From Acidobacteriota bacterium (GTDB lineage: Bacteria > Acidobacteriota > Polarisedimenticolia > Gp22-AA2): 64,000 nt of DNA. This document shows positions 52,349-62,224 of this stretch, in pieces. The translations under genes and the position numbers were made by a program. Under the pieces are notes generated by a model, which worked only from the letters and a program-made list of their open reading frames with translations, was not told where the DNA came from and did not search any database. Positions within the stretch are counted from its first letter, which is position 1. The number at the start of each line of letters is the position of its first letter. Location of the stretch: contig QHXX01000029.1 in the NCBI GenBank assembly GCA_003223135.1, positions 11,864-75,863 on the forward strand. Direction: 5' to 3'.

Positions 52349-53239
52349 TCAGGCCGCCTTCTGATCGGCGGCGTGCAGGGTGGAGAAGTACACGTCCTCG
52401 AGATCGGCCGGGACCTCCTCGAACGACGGGTCGGGGCGCGACGGCGCCATCACGTGGACGGCGGTTCTGCCCGCGACCAGGTGCGTCGAGATCACCGCCA
52501 GGTCGCGCTCGTACGAGGCAAGCTCGTCGCGCGCGACGAACTTCTTCCAGATGCGACCGCGCAGCGTGTTGATGGCCGACTGCGGGTCGCCGCTCAGGAG
52601 CACCCGGCCCGAGGCGATGATCGCCATCCGGCTGCACAGATCGCTCACGTCCTCGACGATGTGCGTGGAGAGGATGACCACCACGTTCTCGCCGATCTCG
52701 CTCAACATGTTGTGGAACCGCAGCCGTTCTGCCGGATCGAGACCGGCGGTCGGCTCGTCCACGATCATCAGGCGTGGGCTGCCCAGAAGCGCCTGCGCGA
52801 TCCCGAACCGCTGCTTCATCCCGCCCGAGAAAGTACCGAGCCGCTGCCTGCGCACGGCCCAGAGATTCGTGCGGTGCAGGACCGAATTGACGATCTCGGC
52901 GCGCTGGCGCTTGTCGACGAGCCCCTTCAACACGGCGAAGTGGTCGAGCAGCTCCAGCGCCGAGACCTTCGGGTAGAGCCCGAACTCCTGCGGCAGGTAG
53001 CCGAGGACGCGCCGCACCGCATCTTTCTGTTTCAGGACATCGATGTCGCCGAACTCAATCGAGCCGCCGTCCGGCTCCTGCAGGGTGGCGATGGTGCGCA
53101 TCAGGGTCGACTTGCCGGCGCCGTTCGGCCCCAGAAGCCCGAACATGCCGGCGGGGATGCGCAGCGAGACGCCCTTGAGCGCCCGCACGCCGTTGGGGTA
53201 GGTCTTCGTGACGTTGTCGACGACGAGCTCAGGGGTCAT
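52349..53239 (-). CDS. ABC transporter ATP-binding protein
   Basis: GPNGAGKS, FSGGMKQR, VDEPTAGLD. Confidence 0.96.
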   Translation of the reverse strand: MTPELVVDNVTKTYPNGVRALKGVSLRIPAGMFGLLGPNGAGKSTLMRTIATLQEPDGGSIEFGDIDVLKQKDAVRRVLGYLPQEFGLYPKVSALELLDHFAVLKGLVDKRQRAEIVNSVLHRTNLWAVRRQRLGTFSGGMKQRFGIAQALLGSPRLMIVDEPTAGLDPAERLRFHNMLSEIGENVVVILSTHIVEDVSDLCSRMAIIASGRVLLSGDPQSAINTLRGRIWKKFVARDELASYERDLAVISTHLVAGRTAVHVMAPSRPDPSFEEVPADLEDVYFSTLHAADQKAA

Positions 53240-53328
53240 GGCTGGGTCCTCCGCGCGCGGTCAGGGCGACTGCCGGATATTACGTCGGGTGCTGTGGACT
53301 GGTTCCCGCGGATTGGACCGGCCCCCTC

Positions 53329-53357
53329 TTGACATTCACCTGATTTACACCTAACCT
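53329..53357 (+). promoter_or_regulatory. lexA promoter with candidate LexA operator in the spacer
   Basis: TTGACA-N17-TAACCT; direct repeat TTCACCTGA / TACACCTAA with 11-bp period. Confidence 0.65.
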
Positions 53358-53483
53358 GCTTGCGGGCCGGGGGACCGGCCGCTCGGGACGGTCTCCGGGG
53401 GGAGCGCGTCCAGGCGGGGACCCCGGCCGCGGACCTCATCTTTAATTTATTGCGGGCTTCTTCCGCCCGGCAGGGGTGCGAGG

Positions 53484-54113
53484 ATGGTGCGTGCGCAGGC
53501 GGGGCCGGCGGGCAACCTGACCAAGAGACAGCGGATCGTCTTCGACTTCATCAAGGACTACATCCAGACGCACGGAGTCTCGCCGTCCTACGAGGAGATC
53601 CGCCGGAACTTCGGCTTCGGCTCCTACAACTCGGTCCAGAAGCACCTCAAGAGCCTGGTCGCGAAGGGGTTCCTGAGAACCCCCTGGGACAACCAGAAGC
53701 GCGCCCTGACCCTGGTCGAGCCGGGCCCGTCCACGACCGTCCTGCCGCTCCTGGGTCGGGTGGCCGCCGGCCGCCCGATCGAGGCGATCCAGAACCCCGA
53801 GACCGTCGAGGTCCCCGAGATGCTCCTGCGGGGGGAGGACAACTTCGCCCTGCGGGTGGTCGGCGACAGCATGGTGGACGAGGGCATCCGCGACGGCGAC
53901 ATCGTCATCGTCAAGCGCCAGCGCGACGCCCAGAACGGCCAGACCGTGGTGGCCCTGATCGGCGACGAGGCGACCATCAAGCAGTACTACCGCCGCGGCA
54001 CGCGCGTCGAGCTGCGCCCCGCCAACCCGCGCATGTCGGCGATCATGGTGGACGAAGGCGACCTGCAGGTACAGGGGATCGTGGTGGGGCTGATCAGGAA
54101 GTTTCACCGGTGA
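53484..54113 (+). CDS. lexA: SOS repressor LexA
   Basis: LTKRQ winged HTH, VAAG cleavage site, GDSM serine, ATIK lysine. Confidence 0.96.
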   Translation: MVRAQAGPAGNLTKRQRIVFDFIKDYIQTHGVSPSYEEIRRNFGFGSYNSVQKHLKSLVAKGFLRTPWDNQKRALTLVEPGPSTTVLPLLGRVAAGRPIEAIQNPETVEVPEMLLRGEDNFALRVVGDSMVDEGIRDGDIVIVKRQRDAQNGQTVVALIGDEATIKQYYRRGTRVELRPANPRMSAIMVDEGDLQVQGIVVGLIRKFHR

Positions 54114-54128
54114 GAGGGCGGAGGGACC

Positions 54129-54338
54129 ATGCGGACTTTCAACGCGGTCATTGAACGGGATCCCGACTCGGGCCTGTACGTCGGGCGCGTGCCCGGCTGG
54201 CCGGGAGCCCACAGCCTGGGGACCAGCCTCGACGAGCTGGAGAGAAACCTGCGCGAAGTCGTCGAGATGCTTCTCGAAGAGGGCGACCCGAAGCTCGAAT
54301 TCGAGTTCGTCGGCGTCCAGACGATCCGGGTGGCGTAG
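54129..54338 (+). CDS. hicB: HicB-family antitoxin-like protein (no HicA partner)
   Basis: 69 aa; YVGRVPGWPGAHSLGTSLDELERNLREV pattern; GGAGGG SD. Confidence 0.85.
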   Translation: MRTFNAVIERDPDSGLYVGRVPGWPGAHSLGTSLDELERNLREVVEMLLEEGDPKLEFEFVGVQTIRVA

Positions 54339-54457
54339 GGATGTTGATCGAGGCGCGCTCACGGCACGCTGCAGCACACGCGACGACATGTCCGAGCGCG
54401 CAAAGCCGGATTTGGACTGACTGACCCGGGACTCGCTTTGTTAACGACATCCTCCCC

Positions 54458-55648
54458 ATGGACCGCAGCGTCCTTCACGTTGACATCGCCGCCTTCCCGG
54501 TCGCCGTCGAGCGGGTGATCGATCGCGGCCTGCGCGGCCGGCCGGTGGTGGTGGTGCCTCCCGGGTCGGCACGCGCGCTGGTGCTGGTGGTGTCGCAGGA
54601 AGCGGCGCGGGAGGGGGTGCGGGCCGGGATGCCGCTCCCTGTGGCGCTGCGGTGCTGTCCGGGTGCCATGGTGCTGCATCCGAACGAGGCGCTCTACAGG
54701 CGCGCCACGGGCGCGGTCTTAGCACTTCTGGGCGGGTACTCGCCTCTGGTCGAGCCGGCCGCTTTGGGGCAGACCTTTCTGGATCTCACCGGCACGTCAC
54801 GGCTGTTCGGCGCGGCGCAGGACGCGGCGGCGCGCATCCGCAGGGAGATCGAGACGCGGCTGAGGTTGCGGCCGACGGTGGGGCTGGCGACGAGCAAATT
54901 GGTGAGTCGCGTTGCGGCGCGGGTGATCCGGCCGGACGGGCTGTGCGACGTCTTCCCGGGTTCGGAGGCGCCGTTTCTGGCGCCGCTTCCCGTCGGGCTG
55001 CTGCCGGGAGCGCGCGGCGAGACGCGCGAGCGCCTTCTGGATCTCAACGTCGGGCGGGTGGCCGATCTGCTGCGGTTCTCGCAGGCGCAGCTTCTGGTCG
55101 CCTTCGGGGCGCAGGGCGGGCGGCTGCGCTGTCAGGCGCTCGGGATCGACGCCTCGCCGGTTCGCCCGCCGGAGGCGGCGACGGCGGTGGTGGAGGAGGA
55201 GACGCTCGCCGAGGACTCGAACGAGGAGAGAGCACTGCTGCGGGCGCTTTTCGGTCTGTGCGAGCGGGCGGGGGCGCGGCTGCGGCGGCTCGAGGCGCGG
55301 GCCGGCCGGCTGCGGGTGACGCTGCGCCATAGCGACGACGTCGTAGAGCACCGCGAGGAGCGTCTGGCTCTGCCTGTCGCCGCCGACCTTCTGCTGTTCG
55401 CGCAGGCGCGGGCGATCTGCGAGCGGGCGCGGGCGCGCCGGGTGCGGGTGCGCTGGATCGAGCTGCGCTGCCTGGAGGTCGCGGGCGCACCGCGGCAGCT
55501 GACGCTATTCGGCCCGGAGGCGTTCGACGAAAGGGCGTCCGACGGTGGCGCCGCCGACTCGCTGGCCGACGCGGTCGATCGGATCCGCGGACGCTTCGGC
55601 GGCCGGGCGATTGTCTCCGGCAGGATGTTCGCGGGGAAGACGGCATGA
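54458..55648 (+). CDS. Y-family polymerase homologue, probably inactive (ImuB-like)
   Basis: LHVD..AF..AVE and GVRAGM DinB-like motifs; SIDE replaced by ALGQ; QLTLF clamp motif. Confidence 0.85.
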   Translation: MDRSVLHVDIAAFPVAVERVIDRGLRGRPVVVVPPGSARALVLVVSQEAAREGVRAGMPLPVALRCCPGAMVLHPNEALYRRATGAVLALLGGYSPLVEPAALGQTFLDLTGTSRLFGAAQDAAARIRREIETRLRLRPTVGLATSKLVSRVAARVIRPDGLCDVFPGSEAPFLAPLPVGLLPGARGETRERLLDLNVGRVADLLRFSQAQLLVAFGAQGGRLRCQALGIDASPVRPPEAATAVVEEETLAEDSNEERALLRALFGLCERAGARLRRLEARAGRLRVTLRHSDDVVEHREERLALPVAADLLLFAQARAICERARARRVRVRWIELRCLEVAGAPRQLTLFGPEAFDERASDGGAADSLADAVDRIRGRFGGRAIVSGRMFAGKTA

Positions 55649-56232
55649 GCAGTCACGGGCGTGACACGACGCAGGCCCCGAGAATCGATCTGCGCACCCC
55701 GCTGAGCCTGCGGTCGGCCTTTGCCTTCCCGCTGCAGACGCGGGAGGCGCGAAGGGAAGTGCTCGTCGGCGCGGCCCTTCTCCTCCTCCCGGGCGTGGGT
55801 TGGCTCTTCAACATGGGCCACCGGATCCAGATGGTCCATAACATGCAGGCCGGCGTTTCGCCGTGGCCGGCGTGGCGCGGGTACGGTCGTCTCCTCAAGT
55901 ACGGGACGGTCACCTTCCTCGGCATGGTCGAGTACTACCTTCCGGCCATCGTCGTCGGGTTCGTGGCCGGGTGGAGAGGCTCGACCGTGCTTCTCATCGC
56001 GGCGGCTCTCCTGGGGGCGGGCGCCACGGTGGCGATCCCCGGGTACATGTCGCACTACTGCCGGCGCTTCGACGCGCGGGAGGTGTGCGATCCGGCACGG
56101 GCCCTCCGCCGGGTCCTGCAGGGCGGCCCGGCCTACTGGCGCGCCTGGGGGATAACGCTCGCCGCCCTGGCGCTCTCCTTCGTCGGTCTCCTCGGCCTGG
56201 GCGTGGGGTTCCTGGTGGCGAGCGTCTGGTTC
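55645..56232 (+). pseudogene. DUF4013-like membrane protein, 3'-truncated at the junction with dnaE2
   Basis: Hydrophobic helices end at LVASVWF, then the frame reads out-of-frame dnaE sequence to the stop at 56361. Confidence 0.6.
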
Positions 56233-59200
56233 TCGAAGCCGCGGTCGAGCGCGGCATGCGGGCGATCGCCTGCACGGACGTGGACGGCCTATACGGGGTG
56301 GTCCGCTTCCGTGAGATCGCGCTGGCCTCGGGGCTGCGGCCGATCCTCGGGGCGGAGGTGACGGCGCCCGAGACTCGGCGCGTGCAGGCGGGGGAGAGGG
56401 CGACGCTCCTGGTGAAAACGCCGGAGGGGTACGCGAACCTCTGCCGCATCCTGACGCGGCGGCATCTCGATCCCGGCTTCTCGGTCCTCGCCGCGCTGCG
56501 GGGCGACACCCAGGGGCTCGTCGTCCTGTCGCCATCGCTCGCCGTCCTGCAGGCGGCGCTCGAGGCGCGCGGGCCGCGCGATCTGCACCTGGCGCTGGGG
56601 TCGTCGTCGGCTCCGTCGGCGGCGGAGGGGACGTTCGAGCGGCTGCGGGCGGCGTGGCGGCTCGGGATCGGGCCGGTCGCGGTCAACGACGTGCATTTCG
56701 TTGACGCGCGCGACTTCGACCTGCACCGGCTGCTGCGCGCCATCGCCCTCAACACCACGCTCGACCGCGTCCCGCCGGAGGAGCTCGCGTCGCCGCAAGC
56801 CTGGCTCAAGCCGCCCTCCGAGATGGAGCGCGCCTACCCGCACTGCCCCGAGGCCCTGGCGGCGACGGCGCGCATCGCGGAGGAGTGCGTTCTCGACGAG
56901 GCGCCCTGGGGCGCCCTCGTCTTCCCGCGCTTCGCAGACCTGTCGATCGACGGCGCGCCGGCGGACCCCGGCGGCGACTCGTTCGCTCTCCTTCTGGCAC
57001 GCTGTGAAGAAGGAGCACGGCGGCGCTACGACGCCATCACGCCCGCGGTGCGGGCCCGGCTCGACCACGAGCTGGCGATCATCCGCGACAAGGAGTTCGC
57101 CGACTACTTCCTGGTGGTGCAGGAGATCGTGAAGCGCTCGCCTCGTACATGTGGTCGCGGCTCGGCGGCAGCGTCGATAGTCTCGTACGTGCTCGGCATC
57201 ACTCACGTCGAGCCGATCCGGCACGACCTGTACTTCGAGCGCTTTTTGAACCGCGGCCGGGTGGACCCGCCCGACATCGATGTGGACTTCTGCTGGGACG
57301 AGCGCGACGACCTTCTCGCCTGGGTGTTCAAGACGATCGGCGAGGAGCGTACGGCGATGATCGCCAACCACGTCACGTTCCGCGCCCGCGCCGCGGTGCG
57401 CGAGGTGGCGAAAGTGTACGGGCTTCCCGATACGGAGATCGCCCGCGTCGCCACCGGTCTGTCGCGCTACTGGGGGGCGGAGACGGCGCTCGAAGCGACG
57501 AGGCGGTCACCGCTCTTCCGCGGCCAGGAGTTCGACCCCCGGCGGGGCGGGATGCTGGCACGGCCGCCCTGGCCGGAGATCCTGGACGCGGCGGCGCGCC
57601 TCGACGGCTTCCCGCGCCACCTGTCGGTGCACTGCGGCGGAGTGGTCATCGCCCCCGACGGTGTCGAGCGCCACGTCCCGGTCGAGCGCGCCGCCAAGGG
57701 CGTGCGCGTCATCCAGTGGGAGAAGGACCAGGCGGAGGAGGCCGGTCTGGTGAAGATCGATCTCCTGGGGAATCGGTCCCTGTCCGTCATCCGCGACGCC
57801 TGCGCCGCCGTGCGCGCGGCGGGAGGGCCGGACGTGCCGTACGGTGCCTTCGATCCGCTCGACGACCCGCGCACTCAGGAGCTGATGCGCGACGGCGACA
57901 CGATGGGGGTGTTCTACGTCGAGTCGCCCGCCATGCGGCAGTTGCAGCAGAAAACGCGGCGCGGGGACTTCGAGCACCTGGTGATCCATTCGTCGATCAT
58001 CCGGCCGGCCGCCAACGACTACATCCGCGAGTACGTCCGCCGTCTGCGCGGCGGCTCGTGGACGTCGCTCCACCCGATCCTGGACGAAGTCATGCACGAG
58101 ACCTACGGCATCATGTGCTACCAGGAGGACGTGGCGCGTGTCGCCATCCGCATGGCGGGCTTCACCGACGCCGAGGCGGACGGTCTGCGCAAGGTACTGT
58201 CGAAGAAGTGGGCCGGCAAGAAGGTCGAGGACTACCGGCAGCGCTTCGCGCGTGGGGCGGCGGCGCGCGGCATCGCCCCGGAGATCGTCGAGGAGGTCTG
58301 GCGGATGATCCTGTCCTTCTCCGGCTACTCGTTCTGCAAGCCGCACTCGGCGTCGTACGCGCTCGTGTCGTTCAAGGCGTGCTTTTTGAAGGCGCACCAC
58401 CCGGCCGAGTTCATGGCGGCGGTCATCAGCAACGGCGGCGGCTACTACTCGACCTTCGCCTACGTCTCCGAGTGCCGGCGCATGGGGCTGGCCGTGCTCC
58501 TGCCGGACATCGACGGCAGCGACAAGGCCTACACGGGACGCGACAGGCGGGTGCGGGTCGGGCTGATGCAGATCAAGGGACTGCGCGACGAGGCGGTCGA
58601 GGCGATCGTCGCGGAGCGGAAAGGCGGCGGGCCGTTCACCTCGTTCGACGAATTTCTGCGGCGCGTGCCGATCGATCGGTCCGACGCGCGGCTTCTCATC
58701 CGCGCCGGTGTGTTCGACGGCATCGGCTTCGGCGAGGGCGGTACTGTGCCGGGACACGCGGAGGGCGCGGCCGCCCCGGACCTGGCGATCCGGCCGCGCC
58801 TGCACTGGCGTCTCGCGGAGTGGGAGGCGAAGACGGAGGGGCGGCGCTCCCCGGCGCGGTCGCTCTTTCCTCCCGATCTCGGCCCGCTGCCGTCGCCGCG
58901 GCCTTACGACGAGACCCGTCTCCTGCGGGACGAGGCCACAACACTCGGCTTCCTGGTGAGCCGCCACCCGCTGACGCTGTACCGCGAGCACCTTTTGGCG
59001 CTGCGGCGGACAGGGGTGACGCCGGTGCGCGCCGAGGCGCTGAAGGAACACGTCGGGAAGCGCGTTGTGACGATCGGCTGGCTCGTCACCGGCAAGGTCG
59101 TGACCACCAGGGACGACGAGCCGATGGAGTTCATCTCCTTCGAGGACACGACGGCGATCTACGAGACGACCTTCTTCCCGCGCGCCTACGAGCGCTTCTG

Positions 59201-59447
59201 CGGCATGCTCACGACGGCGCGGCCGTACGTCCTGAAGGGGAGGGTCGAGGAGGAGTTCGGGGCGGTGGCGATGACCGTGGAGGAGGCCGCTTTTCTCGAC
59301 AGGGTGCCGCTCGGAGGCGGCGCGCGCCGAGCTACCCCGGCCGGCCCGGACCCCTTCGGCCCCCGGGCGGCTCGGTCAGGAGCAGAATCACCTCCCGCCG
59401 GCGGCCGTCGCGCACGATCTCCAGCGCGGCCCGATCGCCCGGCTTGA
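56232..59447 (+). CDS. dnaE2: Error-prone DNA polymerase III alpha (DnaE2-like), N-terminus missing
   Basis: ACTD..GLYG PHP, GRGSAA, PPDIDVDF, KIDLLG, YSFCKPHS, OB fold; no start or HxH motif before LEAAVERG. Confidence 0.9.
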   Translation, partial: LEAAVERGMRAIACTDVDGLYGVVRFREIALASGLRPILGAEVTAPETRRVQAGERATLLVKTPEGYANLCRILTRRHLDPGFSVLAALRGDTQGLVVLSPSLAVLQAALEARGPRDLHLALGSSSAPSAAEGTFERLRAAWRLGIGPVAVNDVHFVDARDFDLHRLLRAIALNTTLDRVPPEELASPQAWLKPPSEMERAYPHCPEALAATARIAEECVLDEAPWGALVFPRFADLSIDGAPADPGGDSFALLLARCEEGARRRYDAITPAVRARLDHELAIIRDKEFADYFLVVQEIVKRSPRTCGRGSAAASIVSYVLGITHVEPIRHDLYFERFLNRGRVDPPDIDVDFCWDERDDLLAWVFKTIGEERTAMIANHVTFRARAAVREVAKVYGLPDTEIARVATGLSRYWGAETALEATRRSPLFRGQEFDPRRGGMLARPPWPEILDAAARLDGFPRHLSVHCGGVVIAPDGVERHVPVERAAKGVRVIQWEKDQAEEAGLVKIDLLGNRSLSVIRDACAAVRAAGGPDVPYGAFDPLDDPRTQELMRDGDTMGVFYVESPAMRQLQQKTRRGDFEHLVIHSSIIRPAANDYIREYVRRLRGGSWTSLHPILDEVMHETYGIMCYQEDVARVAIRMAGFTDAEADGLRKVLSKKWAGKKVEDYRQRFARGAAARGIAPEIVEEVWRMILSFSGYSFCKPHSASYALVSFKACFLKAHHPAEFMAAVISNGGGYYSTFAYVSECRRMGLAVLLPDIDGSDKAYTGRDRRVRVGLMQIKGLRDEAVEAIVAERKGGGPFTSFDEFLRRVPIDRSDARLLIRAGVFDGIGFGEGGTVPGHAEGAAAPDLAIRPRLHWRLAEWEAKTEGRRSPARSLFPPDLGPLPSPRPYDETRLLRDEATTLGFLVSRHPLTLYREHLLALRRTGVTPVRAEALKEHVGKRVVTIGWLVTGKVVTTRDDEPMEFISFEDTTAIYETTFFPRAYERFCGMLTTARPYVLKGRVEEEFGAVAMTVEEAAFLDRVPLGGGARRATPAGPDPFGPRAARSGAESPPAGGRRARSPARPDRPA

Positions 59448-60570
59448 GACGCGACAGCTGCGTGCGCACGTCGTTGTCTGAGACGACGGGACGACCGCGG
59501 AAGGCGACGATCACGTCGCCGCGCCTGAGGCCGGCCTCCGCCGCCGGTCCGTTGGGGTCGACGCCGGCCACGACGGCGCCGCGCGTGTCGTCGAGGTCGA
59601 AGGCGCGCGCCAGCTCGGGCGTCAGGCTCTGGATGGCGAATCCGGCGTAGCCGCGCACGACCCGGCCGTACTTGACGATGCTCTCGAGAACGTCGCGGGC
59701 CATGTTGGAGGGGATGGCGAAGCCGATCCCCTGGTAACCGCCCGAGCGCGAGTAGATGGCCGTGCTGATGCCGATCACTTCGCCGCGTGTGTTCACGAGC
59801 GCGCCTCCCGAGTTGCCGGGATTGATGGCCGCGTCCGTCTGGATGAAGTCCTCGTAGTCGGCGAGACCGAGGCTGCCCCGGCCCATGGCGCTGATGATGC
59901 CCATCGTGACGGTCTCGCCCAGGCCGAACGGGTTGCCGATCGCCAGGACGACATCGCCCACCTGCATCGCCTCCGAGTCGCCCATGGCGGCGTGCGGGAG
60001 CGCGGGCTTCTCCACGCGCAGGACGGCGAGGTCGGTGCGCCGGTCGGCGCCGAGGAGGCGCGCCCGTATCTCCCGCCCGTCGGCCAGAGCCGCCTTCACC
60101 TCCGCAGCCTGCTCGACGACGTGATAATTGGTCAGGATCGTCCCCTTGTCGTCCACGATCACGCCGGATCCGAGGCTCATCTCGCGCTGCTCGCGCGGCA
60201 CCACCAGACCGGGATATTCTTCCCCGAAGAAATCGCGGAAGAAGGGATCGACCAGAAACGGCGAGTACTCGTAGGTGCGGATCACCTTGAGGGACGAGAT
60301 GTTCACTACCGCCGGCATGGCCTCACGCGCGACCGCCGCGTAGCCGTCCTGCGCGGTCCGCGATGCCGACGAGCCCGCAAAGACCGGTGCCGCGGGCGCC
60401 TGCGGGCCTCGCGCTCCCGAAATAACGGCGACGACGGCCGCTCCGAACAGGGCGCCCGCGACCAGGAGACCGATCGCCGGCGCCGGATTCCTCCGATGCC
60501 GGTCTCCCTGTGTGCGCTCGAGACCGAATCGTTCCATCGCCGCAACCTCCTCCCCCGGCCCCCGCTTCAT
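59332..60570 (-). CDS. HtrA/Do-family serine protease with one PDZ domain
   Basis: TNYHV, DLAVL, QTDAAINPGNSGG, PDZ. Confidence 0.95.
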   Translation of the reverse strand: MKRGPGEEVAAMERFGLERTQGDRHRRNPAPAIGLLVAGALFGAAVVAVISGARGPQAPAAPVFAGSSASRTAQDGYAAVAREAMPAVVNISSLKVIRTYEYSPFLVDPFFRDFFGEEYPGLVVPREQREMSLGSGVIVDDKGTILTNYHVVEQAAEVKAALADGREIRARLLGADRRTDLAVLRVEKPALPHAAMGDSEAMQVGDVVLAIGNPFGLGETVTMGIISAMGRGSLGLADYEDFIQTDAAINPGNSGGALVNTRGEVIGISTAIYSRSGGYQGIGFAIPSNMARDVLESIVKYGRVVRGYAGFAIQSLTPELARAFDLDDTRGAVVAGVDPNGPAAEAGLRRGDVIVAFRGRPVVSDNDVRTQLSRLKPGDRAALEIVRDGRRREVILLLTEPPGGRRGPGRPG

Positions 60571-60638
60571 TGCATCCCTCTGAAAAAGGATGTAATTATA
60601 CCCTCCGGCCGCGCGGCGGACAGCGAAGGAGAATCGGC

Positions 60639-61325
60639 GTGCTCGAATCGTGGCAGACGATGCAACCCCTGGTGAGCGACTTCCTGCCGAAGGCGCTCTT
60701 GGCGATCGCGTGCGGCGGCCTCATCGGGGTCGAACGCGAGATCAAGAGCAAGCCCGCCGGCTTTCGCACCAACATCCTGATCTGTCTCGGCTCGATGCTG
60801 TTCATGTGGCTGTCGACGCAGGTCGCCATGGTCGTCGCTATCGGCCGGCCGGCCGATCCCGGCCGCATCGCCGCGCAGGTCGTGGCCGGCATCGGATTCC
60901 TGGGCGCCGGCACGATCATCCAGTCGCGCGGCCGGATCACCGGTCTGACCTCGGCGGCGATGATCTGGGTCGTCTCCGCGGTCGGCATGACGATCGGCGC
61001 GGGTTACAGCGTCATCGGGGTGATCACCACCGCGCTCGTCCTGCTGGTGCTGGTGGGCCTCGGGCTCGTCGAGCGCAGGGTGTTCCGGCGCTGCATCTTC
61101 AACGACCTGCAAATCGCCTTCGACGACGACAACGGCAGGACGCGGCGCGAGATCGAGCACGCCCTGCGGTCCTTCGGACGCCCACTCGAGTCATTTAATT
61201 TGAAGCACGCCGGAGACCACCTGGTCCTGACCGTGCCGTACTGCGACGCCCATCCGCACCACAAGAGATTCCTGGGGGAGCTCTGGAAGATCGAAGGCGT
61301 GCGCGAGGTACGGCCGCTGCGCTGA
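60639..61325 (+). CDS. MgtC/SapB-family membrane protein
   Basis: IGVERE, AGFRT, DPGRIAAQVV.GIGFLGAG. Confidence 0.93.
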   Translation: MLESWQTMQPLVSDFLPKALLAIACGGLIGVEREIKSKPAGFRTNILICLGSMLFMWLSTQVAMVVAIGRPADPGRIAAQVVAGIGFLGAGTIIQSRGRITGLTSAAMIWVVSAVGMTIGAGYSVIGVITTALVLLVLVGLGLVERRVFRRCIFNDLQIAFDDDNGRTRREIEHALRSFGRPLESFNLKHAGDHLVLTVPYCDAHPHHKRFLGELWKIEGVREVRPLR

Positions 61326-61341
61326 CGCCTGTCCGCTTCCT

Positions 61342-62064
61342 TCAGTAGGTCTCATCCACCTGCAGCCCGCGCGGGATCTCGACGCCCAGGAGCCTGGCGG
61401 TGGCCTGGTTGACCGCCAGCTCGAACTCGCGCGAACGCAGCATCCCGAAGTCGGAAGACTGCATGGCGCCGTCCAGGATGAGTCCCGCCACGCCCGACAT
61501 CTCCTCCCCGAGGCGGGCGTAGGAGGCGCTGTAGGAGAACAGGGCGCCGCGCTCCACCCACTCCGGCGAGGGAGCGGCGAGCGGCACGTGGTTCTTGAGG
61601 GCCCACTTCGTGATGATCTCCTGGGCGCCCGGCGTCGACGTCAAATCGTCGTTCAGAACGACCAGGACATCGACCTGCCCGCGCAGCTCATTGAGCGCCG
61701 GGAGAAGATCCTTGCGCGAGCGGCAGAGACGGAACTCGACGTGAAGCCCGCGACGCTCCGCGACATCCAGCAGGTCGCGCGCCAGGAGCGACGACGTATC
61801 GGCCTGGTAGACCAGCCCGATGCGTCTCAGGCCCGGCAGGACCGCGGTCACGCGCTCGAACAGCCGGTCCGCCTCCGGCTGATTGATGAGGAAGCCGATG
61901 CTCTCCGTCTGCAGGTCGTAGCGGCGCGGATCCGTGATCAGGGTGAGGATTGCGGGGACATCCAGGGCCTCGCGGCGAATGAGACGCGCGGCGCGCAGGC
62001 CCGCCCCGACGATGAGGTCGGGCCGCTCGGCACGGACCCGGCGGACCGTCTCGGCGGGGTCGGC
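61342..62064 (-). pseudogene. ABC transporter substrate-binding protein (ABC_sub_bind-like), 5'-truncated
   Basis: Frame stays open and family-like (RPDLIVGAG..AA) to 62064, then TAA; RRIGLVY, GALFS, VNQATARLLG; no signal peptide or start for the full frame. Confidence 0.72.
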
Positions 62065-62224
62065 TTATAGATCTCTTCAGTCCCCACCGTCAAACGGAGC
62101 CGCACGGCCGACGACGACTCCGCGCCAGGCGGCCGCCGGACCGCATTGACAGACCACCGGCAGGCGTCCTAGGATTCGCCGCCTCAACCGTGCACCTGGG
62201 CGGCGGTCGAGGAACCGGACGCCG

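Noticed and set aside
55863-56231. N-terminal 123 aa of the 1194-aa DnaE ORF
   Set aside because: Off-frame read of the DUF4013-like gene, not PHP sequence.
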